A stretch of 64,000 nucleotides of DNA, taken from positions 1,868-65,867 of IMG/VR virus record IMGVR_UViG_3300046463_000715; one strand, written 5' to 3'. Source of the stretch: a virus (Duplodnaviria > Caudoviricetes). The position numbers were made by a program, and so were the translations under genes. This document shows, in pieces, positions 17,901 to 26,701 of this stretch. How positions within the stretch are numbered: position 1 is the first letter of the stretch; the number at the start of each line of letters is the position of its first letter. A model generated the notes under the pieces. It did no database searches. It was not told the DNA's origin and saw only the letters and a list, made by a program, of their open reading frames with translations.

Positions 17901-19012
17901 TACGGTTGAGCCGCGAAGACCGCGACGATGTCGGTTTCAGCGGTGCCGTAACAAGTGAGCGAGAGCACCGCGATTTTTCCACTCGCGAGCGTGACGCCTG
18001 CAGAGTAGTCAGCCCCGAGCCATTTCCAACTCGCGTTGAAAGAGAGTGCTCGGCTAGAGCCGTTCGAGTCAATCCGGATGCTCTTGAAGAGACCGTTCGC
18101 TCGGTTGGCAGTAGAGAAGGTCGGCGCGCCGGTTAGGACCACCCTGTCAAACTCTTTGCCCGGGGTGAGGTCGATGGCGATTGCGCCGGTCGTGGTCGTC
18201 TCGGTTCCGCTTCCGAGGAGGTTGACGAAGCTCGCGTCGAAGTTGGTGCCGGAATTTTTCTTAACGACCTGACCAGCCGTGCCGCCGGTCGGCAGGGTGC
18301 CGCTGTTCAAACGAAGGATTTCCTCGATGCGGTCAAACTCTGCATCCGCCTGAAGGCCGAAGAAAACTCCGGTGATTGCGACCGTGGTGTTGACGTTGAT
18401 GTTGACCTGGGAGAAATCACCCTGGTCGGCTTCGAGATAAATGGTGTGGGAGCCGCTGACATACGCGCCCTTGATGGGGTCGGTGTCGAGGACGTTCGGG
18501 TGCAAGAAGACGCGCCGGACTCTATTCCAACCGGCATTGAGCTGGACCGCTTCAGACAGAATGTCAGCAGCGAGGGTGCCGCCAGCGTAGACATTGCTTT
18601 TCGCGATGCGAACACCGAAGGTCCCAGCGATAGACGAGTAGGCGAAAAAGTTGAGCTCGACGATTTGATTCGACAGAGCCTTCGGCGAAGCGTTCACAAC
18701 CTGAGTGACCTGAGCGAAGCCGGTGCGTGCAACGCCAGGGGCGCGCAGCGGGCCGGACTCCAGGTCGATAAGCAGAAGAGAATCACCGATGACTTCCGCA
18801 GGGGGCTCGGTCACTTTGCTCGCGGCCACTGCGGCGGCAACGCCGATGTTGCGGATGCGAATATATTTGTTCGTCCCGACATCGGTCTCGTCCACGTTGA
18901 GTGCCCAGGAGCCGACAAGGTCTGTCGAGGTTGCGACTGTGCCCGCACCGTTACCGACTTTGACGTCGAGGGTGCCGGTGCGAAAGTCGCCGGTTGCGAG
19001 TAAGTTTCTCAT
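17900..19012 (-). CDS. virion fibre-like protein
   Basis: beta-rich; one LPTGGTAGQVVKKNSGTNFD repeat. Confidence 0.6.
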   Translation of the reverse strand: MRNLLATGDFRTGTLDVKVGNGAGTVATSTDLVGSWALNVDETDVGTNKYIRIRNIGVAAAVAASKVTEPPAEVIGDSLLLIDLESGPLRAPGVARTGFAQVTQVVNASPKALSNQIVELNFFAYSSIAGTFGVRIAKSNVYAGGTLAADILSEAVQLNAGWNRVRRVFLHPNVLDTDPIKGAYVSGSHTIYLEADQGDFSQVNINVNTTVAITGVFFGLQADAEFDRIEEILRLNSGTLPTGGTAGQVVKKNSGTNFDASFVNLLGSGTETTTTGAIAIDLTPGKEFDRVVLTGAPTFSTANRANGLFKSIRIDSNGSSRALSFNASWKWLGADYSAGVTLASGKIAVLSLTCYGTAETDIVAVFAAQP

Positions 19013-19021
19013 AAAAGTCCT

Positions 19022-19660
19022 TTAGTCTCTGGAGAAGCCCCAGACGAATTGTAGTGCGCCGACAGCGTAAGTTGGGGTTGAGCCGGTCGAGGCGATGACG
19101 GCAGCGTAGAGGTTGTTGCCGCCAGAAGATTTCAAAGAGGTTCGAAGGTTCGACTTCACAGCGACAGCTTCGCTGGCAACCGTGACGTAGTCGCCGGTCG
19201 CGATAGATACGCGAGCGATGACCTTGAGGTCGTCCGTCGAGAATACGAAGGCGGAATTGTCCGTGATGGTCGCAGCGGCTGGACTCGATTCGAAAATCAA
19301 AACGTCGAGAGCGACTTTTTGGTTGGACTTGTCGAGCAGCACGAGGGACTCCAGAAGACCGCTACCGTTCGGGGTAAGCGCGCCTGTGAGGGTCTGGGCC
19401 GGTCCGACAGAGTCGCCGACAGAATACGGAGTCGTGGTGATGACCGGCACGACTTTGATGACGGTCTCGGTCCGAGTAAACTTGGAGAGGATGCCCTTGA
19501 GCAGAGCAACCACTGACCAGGACGAAGTGGTGTTCGTCGCAGCGGCATCGGCCAACGCACCTTGCGTCACGTCTGCGCCGTCGAGAACGGTTTCCGCCAT
19601 TGTCCCGATGGTGATGTCACTCGGGTTTGTAACCTCTACTTTTAAAATTACGTCCTGCAT
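19022..19660 (-). CDS. putative virion structural protein
   Basis: 212 aa, T/V/A-rich. Confidence 0.5.
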   Translation of the reverse strand: MQDVILKVEVTNPSDITIGTMAETVLDGADVTQGALADAAATNTTSSWSVVALLKGILSKFTRTETVIKVVPVITTTPYSVGDSVGPAQTLTGALTPNGSGLLESLVLLDKSNQKVALDVLIFESSPAAATITDNSAFVFSTDDLKVIARVSIATGDYVTVASEAVAVKSNLRTSLKSSGGNNLYAAVIASTGSTPTYAVGALQFVWGFSRD

Positions 19661-19663
19661 AAA

Positions 19664-20014
19664 TTATTGTCCTGGTTGACCAGCGTTCTGCTGCTTGCCC
19701 GCATTGATGGCAGAAATTACTTTCACGACTGGCCCGGGCGAGCCGTCCGGCTTGTTGAGGTGCATCAGAATCGAGCCGTCTTCCTGAGTCACTGCCGTGT
19801 ATTGCGGCAAAACATTCTGCGGCCCGGGCGGCAACAGTCCAGGCTGGCCCGGGTTGCTCACAGGAGTCGACTGCTGGATTGCAGCAGCGAGGTTCGGAGC
19901 GATAGTGCCTCGGCCTTTGATTGCGCCCATAGCGTCAGCCGATTGGCTGGCTCCGGGGACAGCTGAGGGCATCGTGTTCGCTCCAGTTCCGGAGCCTAGA
20001 TAATTGAGGGCCAT
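19664..20014 (-). CDS. hypothetical protein
   Basis: AATTT-ATG start, in operon. Confidence 0.55.
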   Translation of the reverse strand: MALNYLGSGTGANTMPSAVPGASQSADAMGAIKGRGTIAPNLAAAIQQSTPVSNPGQPGLLPPGPQNVLPQYTAVTQEDGSILMHLNKPDGSPGPVVKVISAINAGKQQNAGQPGQ

Positions 20015-20017
20015 AAA

Positions 20018-20395
20018 TTAGCTCTCCAGGTCCTTCGCACTCGCGCCGGGGGCTGGTTTGTTTTCTTTCGTGGGGCGCTTATACCCCAAAATCTTTTCCT
20101 CGTCGCCGCTGTCAGCGGGCTCTTCACCCTCGTCAGCGGGCTCTTCGGACTCTTGCGCGGGTGTCTCGCTGTTCTCTTCCTCGGCGGAGCCCTCGGGGGC
20201 GATTGGGCCGGTAGCTTCGAGGCGGATACTCGGGCCGGATTGCTCGCTGTGGGACTTCGAAACGACTTTGAAATCTCCGGAGATTCGGCAAGTGTGGCCC
20301 ACGTCGTAATCCATGAAGGGTTCGGCTTGGTCACCGTCGAGCATGAGTGACGGCTTAATTTCGGGCGCTTCGGCTGGCATTGATAAATCGGGCAT
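20018..20395 (-). CDS. acidic hypothetical protein
   Basis: AAGGAG SD-like site, 125 aa. Confidence 0.6.
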   Translation of the reverse strand: MPDLSMPAEAPEIKPSLMLDGDQAEPFMDYDVGHTCRISGDFKVVSKSHSEQSGPSIRLEATGPIAPEGSAEEENSETPAQESEEPADEGEEPADSGDEEKILGYKRPTKENKPAPGASAKDLES

Positions 20396-20414
20396 AGAAA
20401 ATTCTCCTTAACTC

Positions 20415-20443
20415 AATATACGCAGGTTTCCAGATTCTGGCAA
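20415..20443 (-). promoter_or_regulatory. sigma70-type promoter
   Basis: TTGCCA-N17-TATATT. Confidence 0.6.
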
Positions 20444-20445
20444 CC

Positions 20446-21987
20446 TCAGTAATACCGTTTAGCCCGATTTGGGGTCGGCTTCACGTCGAGCGGACCGGTT
20501 AAACCCTTTTTCCCCTCGACCTCGGCGCGGATAAGTTTCAAGCAGTTGAACTTGCCGTAGCGCGATGCGTCCGCGATATGGTCGAAGTTGCCGCCGGACG
20601 GTCCTTTGAGCGGCTCGTCTCCTCCGAAGCCCGCCTCACCCTCGACAGGATACCGGTAGCCGCCCAGGCTCGCGACGTAAAGCATCGGGCAGCACTCCTT
20701 GTCGATTTGATAAATGTGGTTGCCCCACGAGTCTTTCTTTTCGAGGAGCCGGTTGTAGACGGCGATTGACTCCGAGAGACCCATCCGCATGAAGCCAGGA
20801 TAAATTTCGTAGGTGCTCAGCACTTTGATGTTGGAGCCGAGGGAGGTCTTGGCGTTGCCCGCTGGGTCGCAATAATCCTTCACACCGTTGCAGACGGAGC
20901 GGTCATTCCAGAAAGGGAAAACTGTGTTCGTGATTTCGAGGACGGCTTTACACTGCCGGTCGGTGTCGGACTGCATCGAGAATTGTTCCGCGAGGTCCCA
21001 CCAGTATTCGTCCTTGCCCACGGTCCAGTAGGCGGAGAAGACACACGAGTTGGTCGCACCGAAGTCCCACGAGCGAATCAGATATGCGCCCTTGGGCCAC
21101 GGCAAATCTTTTTTCGAGTGCGGCTCCTCGAAGGCGTAGAACACGGGGGTGCCGTTGAAGGCCTCGGCGTATTCTCCGAGCACCATCCGCTTATACATCG
21201 CAGCGTTCTTGCGGTATTGCCGCTCCAGGTCCTGGACGTAGTTGGGCGGGAGGTTGTGTGCGTTTTCTTTTGTCGGGATGTGCCAGAAGCGAACAGCGAC
21301 GTCGTCCTTGGTCTCCTCTTCATACGATGCAATCCAGTGGCGCGGAGAAGGAGGATTTGTGTCGAGGATGACGCAGGTGTCTTTGATGAAGCCACGGGGG
21401 TCACACGTCTCCGGGTCCGCGCCCTTCCATCGCAAGCAGGCGACTCCGAGGTCGAGGTCACCACGCGAGAGCTGGTCGGCTTCGACGAAGATGAGCATTG
21501 AGCACTCGTAACCCCTGAACCGTGTTGCGGAGTAGCGCTCCTCGGGGACACCGGCGAATTGAATCCAGCTGCAGAACTTATTGCCGACAGCTTCGAACCA
21601 TTGGAGGATTGCACTCTTCGGCGCGGCTGGGTTCATCGCCTTCCATGCGTTGAAGAGCTCGACGGCTTTCTTCGACGGGATGCGATAAGTTTTTCCACCG
21701 TCGATTTTCTTGAAGAGCGAGACACCTGTGTCCATGTATGCGGTGCCGAGTTTCGGGAACACTTGCTTTTCAAAAGTTTCGAGAGTCGTGTCTTCGTTCG
21801 AGTCCTGAGTCTTCCGGAGAATGTAAATTTTGCCGCCAGCATTCCAGAAGCCGTGGCCGACTGCTTCCATCGCAATCGCTGTGGTTTTTCCAGTTCCACG
21901 ACCACCGATGAGAGCGCGCACACGGCACTTGGTCGCGTGGAATTCTTTGATTGAGTTACCTGGAAAATACCACTCAGCTGTCTGCAT
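20446..21987 (-). CDS. terL: terminase large subunit
   Basis: Walker A GGRGTGKT, Walker B IFVEADQ, TNP coupling motif, nuclease WDFG, DPAG, DHIADA. Confidence 0.92.
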   Translation of the reverse strand: MQTAEWYFPGNSIKEFHATKCRVRALIGGRGTGKTTAIAMEAVGHGFWNAGGKIYILRKTQDSNEDTTLETFEKQVFPKLGTAYMDTGVSLFKKIDGGKTYRIPSKKAVELFNAWKAMNPAAPKSAILQWFEAVGNKFCSWIQFAGVPEERYSATRFRGYECSMLIFVEADQLSRGDLDLGVACLRWKGADPETCDPRGFIKDTCVILDTNPPSPRHWIASYEEETKDDVAVRFWHIPTKENAHNLPPNYVQDLERQYRKNAAMYKRMVLGEYAEAFNGTPVFYAFEEPHSKKDLPWPKGAYLIRSWDFGATNSCVFSAYWTVGKDEYWWDLAEQFSMQSDTDRQCKAVLEITNTVFPFWNDRSVCNGVKDYCDPAGNAKTSLGSNIKVLSTYEIYPGFMRMGLSESIAVYNRLLEKKDSWGNHIYQIDKECCPMLYVASLGGYRYPVEGEAGFGGDEPLKGPSGGNFDHIADASRYGKFNCLKLIRAEVEGKKGLTGPLDVKPTPNRAKRYY

Positions 21988-21992
21988 AAAGT

Positions 21993-22027
21993 AAAAAGGG
22001 GTCTCCCAGTGCTAACCGAGAGACCCC
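21993..22027 (-). terminator. intrinsic terminator directly upstream of terL
   Basis: GGGGTCTC/GAGACCCC stem followed by T5, 5 nt before the ATG. Confidence 0.7.
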
Positions 22028-22046
22028 GTCCCCTTGATTTCCCCAA

Positions 22047-22232
22047 TTACCTCCCGGCCTTGTGTGCGGTGTGAATGAAGTCTTTTGTGTTCTTGTCGCC
22101 CTCGGAGTGCATGACGGCAAGAGCGGAGCCGATTGCTTTGCCCTTAGTGGCATGGCGGCTCATAATTTTTCCCGTGGCGCGATTTTTCTTCGCCCACTGG
22201 CCGGACGGGAGTTTCACAATGTCATACGGCAT
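22047..22232 (-). CDS. small basic hypothetical protein
   Basis: MPYDIVK...HATKGKA, 61 aa. Confidence 0.55.
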   Translation of the reverse strand: MPYDIVKLPSGQWAKKNRATGKIMSRHATKGKAIGSALAVMHSEGDKNTKDFIHTAHKAGR

Positions 22233-22237
22233 AGATT

Positions 22238-22314
22238 TGGGTGCAGGAGCTGGATTTGAACCAGCGACCTTCTGGTTATGAGCCAGACGAGCTACCTAGC
22301 TGCTCCATCCTGCA
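22238..22314 (-). tRNA. tRNA-Met(CAT), initiator-like
   Basis: TGCAGGA/TCCTGCA acceptor, GAGC/GCTC D stem, TCTGG-CTCATAA-CCAGA, GCTGG-TTCAAAT-CCAGC, encoded CCA. Confidence 0.93.
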
Positions 22315-22820
22315 GAAAATTGTTACGGGGTCATCAGGTCGCCGCGAGGATTGTCGCTGGTCGAGCCACTTGAGCCCTTGCGGTCTTCCTGGTTCACCGG
22401 CTGGGAGCGCGAATCACTCGGAGAGAATTCGGCCACTCGCGGAGCCTGCTTGGCTTCGGTGCCGGGGCGCTGTTCGTCAGTTTGTCGCATGTCACTCATA
22501 CGTTAGTTCCTCGGGGTTCGAGACCCGTTCTTTGCGGAGCAATACTCAGCAAGGCGTTTGGCCCGCTGGTCTCGCTCGTTTTTCTGTTTCCGCCCAGCGA
22601 CGGCTTTTCCTTCAGGAGAAGCTGCCCAGGCGTTAATAGCACGAATTGATTCGAGTCCACCCATAATGCTTCAATATACCACGACTCTTTGGGTTTGGCT
22701 ACCGCTTCGTGGCGAACCGGACGACGACGCAGGCGGCAAAGGTGTAGATGGCAACCTTCGCCAGAAAGGCGACGGCGCTGATTGCTAGGACGAATTCGAT
22801 TGGCATGATGGTGACTTTGG

Positions 22821-23042
22821 TCATGCGCGATGGGCTTCGATAACAGCGTTGAATGCTCGCGCACAAGCAAACTGTTTCCTGGTTCCGAAAGGTCTCCACA
22901 AAACTGTGGTCCCTCCGCCCTGGATTGGGATTGTGACTTCGGTGTGAGTCGAGGACATACGGACGATGTTCGACGCGCCTTGAGCTCGGAGAGCCCTGGC
23001 TTGCTTTGCGCTGGTCGCAATAAGAATCTCTTCCTTCATCAC
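22821..23042 (-). CDS. hypothetical protein
   Basis: 73 aa; TTGACA-N18-CATATT immediately upstream. Confidence 0.45.
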   Translation of the reverse strand: MMKEEILIATSAKQARALRAQGASNIVRMSSTHTEVTIPIQGGGTTVLWRPFGTRKQFACARAFNAVIEAHRA

Positions 23043-23077
23043 TATAATATGAGCCGAGGTCGGCTAAATTGTCAAAT

Positions 23078-23145
23078 CCAGGGGTTTCCCCGGGGCTCGG
23101 ATTAGTAAGATATTTGTTGACACCTAACCGGTGAGGGTATACCGT
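23078..23145 (+). promoter_or_regulatory. 31-bp conserved element plus promoter
   Basis: CCAGGGGTTTCCCCGGGGCTCGGATTAGTAA, then TTGACA-N17-TACCGT. Confidence 0.6.
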
Positions 23146-23151
23146 ATCCCC

Positions 23152-24231
23152 ATGAACGAACGACAGAGCAGAATGGAAGAGCTGAAGGCGAAAATCGCCG
23201 AGCTGAGCAAGGCCCTCGAAGCCTCCTTTAACGCTGCCCAGAACGACGAGCTGGTGAAGGCCGACGATGAATTCTACCAGCTGTCCCTCGAAGAGGAACG
23301 TGCCTTCCGCGCCCCTCACAACCCCTCGAATTTCCATCCAGAAGACTACGAAGTGGTCGAATACCTGGACAACCAGCCGCCCCGTCTCGCGAGCTTCTGC
23401 GCGCCCCTGAGCTCCTTCTCGGACCACCAGCGCTCGGTTGAGGCTCACCAGCGGATGATGGACGCCTGGAGGAAGGAAATGGACTTCTTCTTCCCGAACC
23501 GTCGCGAGCACAAGCCCTCCATCCACCAATGCACCCACTGCGGGAACACCAGGGTCCGCTACATCGTGGCCTGCCTGCACAAGCCCTCTGGCCAGCACGT
23601 CGTGTTCGGCTCGGACTGTGTCGAACGCCTCGGCTTTGCCAACCAGTCGTCCTTCAAAGCCGCCCAGATTCGCTCCCGCGCCGAAGCTGGCAACGCCCGC
23701 ATGGCTGCTTTTGTAGCGCGCCAGAAGTTCCTCGCTGCGAACCCGAACGTCGCTGCCGCGATTAATGACCTGACCTCTAATGTCGAGCTCCACAAGCGGA
23801 ACAATTTCGCCCACGACATCCTGGCGAAGTTCAATAAATACGGGAACATGAGCGAGCCCCAGCAGTATCACTTTGTGAAATCCCTGGAGCGCGACCACGA
23901 GTTTGCCGCCCGCCGTGCCGCCGAAGACGCTGTGCCGAAGGGTGAATTCCCCAGCGGTCGCATCCAGTTCACCGGCGAAGTCATCAGCGTCAAACAGCAG
24001 GAAAGCGATTTCGGCATCCAGATGAAGTGCCTCCTGAAAATCATTTCCGAGGTCGGCACCGGCTGCAAAGTCTGGATGACCCTCCCCTCCGGAGCTGGCG
24101 AGGTCTCCCGTGGTGACCGTATCGTGGTGAAGGCCGGACTGGAAGTCTCGAAGGACGACAAATCCTTCGGATTCGGGAAGCGCCCGCACTTCGTGTCTAA
24201 AATTGAAAACACCCCGGCAGTTGCCGCTTGA
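23152..24231 (+). CDS. Zn-binding protein with a possible C-terminal OB fold
   Basis: CTHCG...FGSDC motif; strong C/G-ending codon bias; start inferred at MNERQ. Confidence 0.7.
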   Translation: MNERQSRMEELKAKIAELSKALEASFNAAQNDELVKADDEFYQLSLEEERAFRAPHNPSNFHPEDYEVVEYLDNQPPRLASFCAPLSSFSDHQRSVEAHQRMMDAWRKEMDFFFPNRREHKPSIHQCTHCGNTRVRYIVACLHKPSGQHVVFGSDCVERLGFANQSSFKAAQIRSRAEAGNARMAAFVARQKFLAANPNVAAAINDLTSNVELHKRNNFAHDILAKFNKYGNMSEPQQYHFVKSLERDHEFAARRAAEDAVPKGEFPSGRIQFTGEVISVKQQESDFGIQMKCLLKIISEVGTGCKVWMTLPSGAGEVSRGDRIVVKAGLEVSKDDKSFGFGKRPHFVSKIENTPAVAA

Positions 24232-24263
24232 CAGTCCGCCGGGAGTAGATTAAATATAAGCCT

Positions 24264-24533
24264 ATGAATTCGACGTTTGGATTTCACGGTCTCCTGAAGG
24301 ATGCCATAAGCGAAGCCCGCAAGCTGGCAGTAAAATACGACGAGTCGATTAGGGTCTGGGACATCGCCAGCAAAAAGGACCCGGACTGCGAGGTCCAGGG
24401 CGTGGCGAAGTCTTACACCCTGGCAACAGACGAGGCCGACAGAAGGGTCAGCGGTATAATGGTCGCGAGGGTGTGGCCGGGAGGGACCTTGGATGTCTAT
24501 TCAAAGCGGTTTGCAGAAAGAAACGGACTGTGA
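24264..24533 (+). CDS. hypothetical protein
   Basis: 89 aa; TTGACA at 24228 upstream. Confidence 0.55.
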   Translation: MNSTFGFHGLLKDAISEARKLAVKYDESIRVWDIASKKDPDCEVQGVAKSYTLATDEADRRVSGIMVARVWPGGTLDVYSKRFAERNGL

Positions 24534-24887
24534 AAAAGAAACCGATTAAAATCCGCCGGACTTGGGGCACGCTCAAGCCGGTCACCAGGGTCAAGGGTTC
24601 AAAGAAAATCTACCGGCGCGACAACCGGCCCCCGGCGGAGTGATATTATGCTACTCATATTCGTCAGCTTTTGCATCGGCCTGTGTTTGCTCTTCACCGC
24701 AATCGGTGCGGCCTGCCTCGTCGCCAAGTGGGCCTGGGAGAAGCTGGTCGACCTTATTCAGGTCATCTTCCAGCGGTAAGCTCCAAAGCTGGACGCACCG
24801 CAGCAGGTAGAAGTAATTCCCCTTCGGGTCTTTCTTGAGATACCGCTTCAGCCGGTGCGGGTTACAGCAGAGCAGGGTCACAAAAAC

Positions 24888-25015
24888 TCAATCGCGCCCG
24901 GGAATCGAACCCAGTCCTCTCGGTAGGCAGTGGCAATTTTCCCACGGCAACCCAAGTGTGTCGAAGCCACCTGAAGCGAGCGCTCGCCCAGGACGCACAA
25001 CACTGACGCGATTGA
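24888..25015 (-). ncRNA. tRNA-like RNA with extended D and anticodon arms, no CCA
   Basis: TCAATCGCGT/GCGCGATTGA closing stem, CTGGG-TTCGATT-CCCGG T arm, AGGA variable loop. Confidence 0.7.
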
Positions 25016-25186
25016 TAAACTCATGGTCGAGGGTCGATGGTGCTGAAGGCGCATCTGCACCGCTCACACCCGACAAAATTCTGGCCCCACTGCCGCCAAG
25101 TAATGTGGTGGTGCTTGCGGTGGGCCACGCGACACCATAAAATCGCGAGGCGTAATTTGAACAGCTTCATGTCAATTCAATTGATT

Positions 25187-25480
25187 TTACGTCGACTCAA
25201 TTGATTTTACCGAGTCAACGTCTCCCGTTACGATTTTCCTCCAGCGCTTCGCGATGTCGAGCGGTCCCGGTTCGCTGTGCTTGCCGTCGCTGTTGTCGTA
25301 ACCCAGGACCTTGTTCATGTCCAGAATCGACTGGCCCCGGCTGGAGATTTCGACGTCCATGAGCTCGATAATTTCTCGGAGCCTTCTCTCCCGAATGTCG
25401 TCGGGATGAAAACAGTCGTCGATTAATTGCGAAGCCTCTTCGGCGAGCGGGCTGAGCTCGTAACCTATTGGACCTTTCAT
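25187..25480 (-). CDS. hypothetical protein
   Basis: start-stop overlap with the upstream ORF. Confidence 0.5.
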   Translation of the reverse strand: MKGPIGYELSPLAEEASQLIDDCFHPDDIRERRLREIIELMDVEISSRGQSILDMNKVLGYDNSDGKHSEPGPLDIAKRWRKIVTGDVDSVKSIEST

Positions 25481-25713
25481 GATTTTGTTCTGTAGGAGTT
25501 GCAGCCGAACGGTCGGCCAATTAGTGTTGAGATTGAGTGACACGTCGTGCAGGGCCTGGACGAAAACTGGTGCGGGTCTTTCTCCGTCAGTTCCAGGGCG
25601 ACTTCCAACTGAGCGGAGCGCGCTGCCGATTTCAGAAGCTGAGTCTGGGCCTTGAGCTCGTTCTCAAGCTCTTCAATCCGGTCGTTCATCGCTGCCCATT
25701 CCGAAGCGCTCAA
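25477..25713 (-). CDS. coiled-coil + CxxC protein
   Basis: 78 aa, RPCTTC. Confidence 0.5.
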   Translation of the reverse strand: MSASEWAAMNDRIEELENELKAQTQLLKSAARSAQLEVALELTEKDPHQFSSRPCTTCHSISTLIGRPFGCNSYRTKS

Positions 25714-26207
25714 TTAACGTTCCCCCGGCTAGGGTCGGTGCAAAGGTCGCACTCGCACTTGTAGGTGTGCTTGATTTCGGGGAGGTTCTTGACCTCGGGG
25801 ACGGGGAATCCAACAAGAGCTTCTCGGCAGTGCTTACAGTTCGGGTCGTAGGCCTTGTGGTCACGGATGTGGCGCAGCCTGCGGCCTTCAGCTCGGACAG
25901 CATCACCGTGAGCTCGTGCCTTCTCCCGTTTGGCAGCACGCACCAGGGGGACCGCGAGAACAACCCAGGTCGTGTTAGCAATCACCAGGGCGACTCCCCC
26001 GGCGAAGCTGGCCCACTGCCCGAGCTGAGGGTAGTAGAATAAATTCCAGAAGCCCCACGCAGAGAAGAAAGCTGAGACTCGCCAATCGACTCCCTGGACG
26101 CTGCGGTCGCGCAGAAGGCGTTTGACGTTTAGCCAGCAAACAACTCCGCCGGTCAGTTCGAAGGCACCGTTAACGAGGTCGGGTATGTTAATCATTCCAA
26201 TGTTCAT
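25710..26207 (-). CDS. PQ-loop/SemiSWEET-like membrane protein with a Cys-rich tail
   Basis: three TM helices, LLRDRSVQGV loop, YYPQ. Confidence 0.6.
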   Translation of the reverse strand: MNIGMINIPDLVNGAFELTGGVVCWLNVKRLLRDRSVQGVDWRVSAFFSAWGFWNLFYYPQLGQWASFAGGVALVIANTTWVVLAVPLVRAAKREKARAHGDAVRAEGRRLRHIRDHKAYDPNCKHCREALVGFPVPEVKNLPEIKHTYKCECDLCTDPSRGNVN

Positions 26208-26364
26208 TGAGGATTTTGACTAGCTTGCGGACGTCCTTGTCCACTTCTTTGTGGTCGACGTCATCGTAGTCGATTTGAATTGCGAGGCTGCAGTTGTCCG
26301 GGGCGACGATGTCCAGCTCTTTGCCCCAGCTGCCGATGCCTTCTACTTTGAATTTACTGCTCAT
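26188..26364 (-). CDS. hypothetical protein
   Basis: IDYDDVDH; start inferred at MSSKF. Confidence 0.45.
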   Translation of the reverse strand: MSSKFKVEGIGSWGKELDIVAPDNCSLAIQIDYDDVDHKEVDKDVRKLVKILNEHWND

Positions 26365-26497
26365 GGTTTTTTGTATTGCTCCCGAATCATCCACCAGAGA
26401 AGAATCATCCACCAGAGAATGAGGACGAGGCAGATTGCGTCGACCAGGAGGTTAAACGGAAAGGTGTCACTCAGGCGAGACCAAAAGTCTTGAGGGT

Positions 26498-26701
26498 TCA
26501 TTTCCGGATGCTCGGGTATTTGTTCTTGTGCTTGGTGAAGCTCAGGCCGATGCGGGCGCTCCCCTGACCGAAGTTGATGAAGACCCTCGCGCCTTTCTTA
26601 GCGGTCAGGCCCAGGCGCGCTACTCGGAGAATCTCTTCGCTGGTCTCGGTAATGAGCTCGACATTGAAGTCGTCGTCATACTCGGTGAATTCGATTTTCA
26701 T
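26498..26701 (-). CDS. hypothetical protein
   Basis: ATGA overlap; start MKIEF. Confidence 0.45.
   Translation of the reverse strand: MKIEFTEYDDDFNVELITETSEEILRVARLGLTAKKGARVFINFGQGSARIGLSFTKHKNKYPSIRK

Noticed and set aside
22241-22636. 131-aa plus-strand ORF
   Set aside because: Antisense reading of the tRNA and small minus-strand ORFs
22699-24189. 496-aa antisense ORF, and similar ones at 44162-45586, 46795-47829, 50835-51953 and 12021-12992
   Set aside because: Shadow frames opposite real genes, explained by GC3 codon bias; no motifs or start signals
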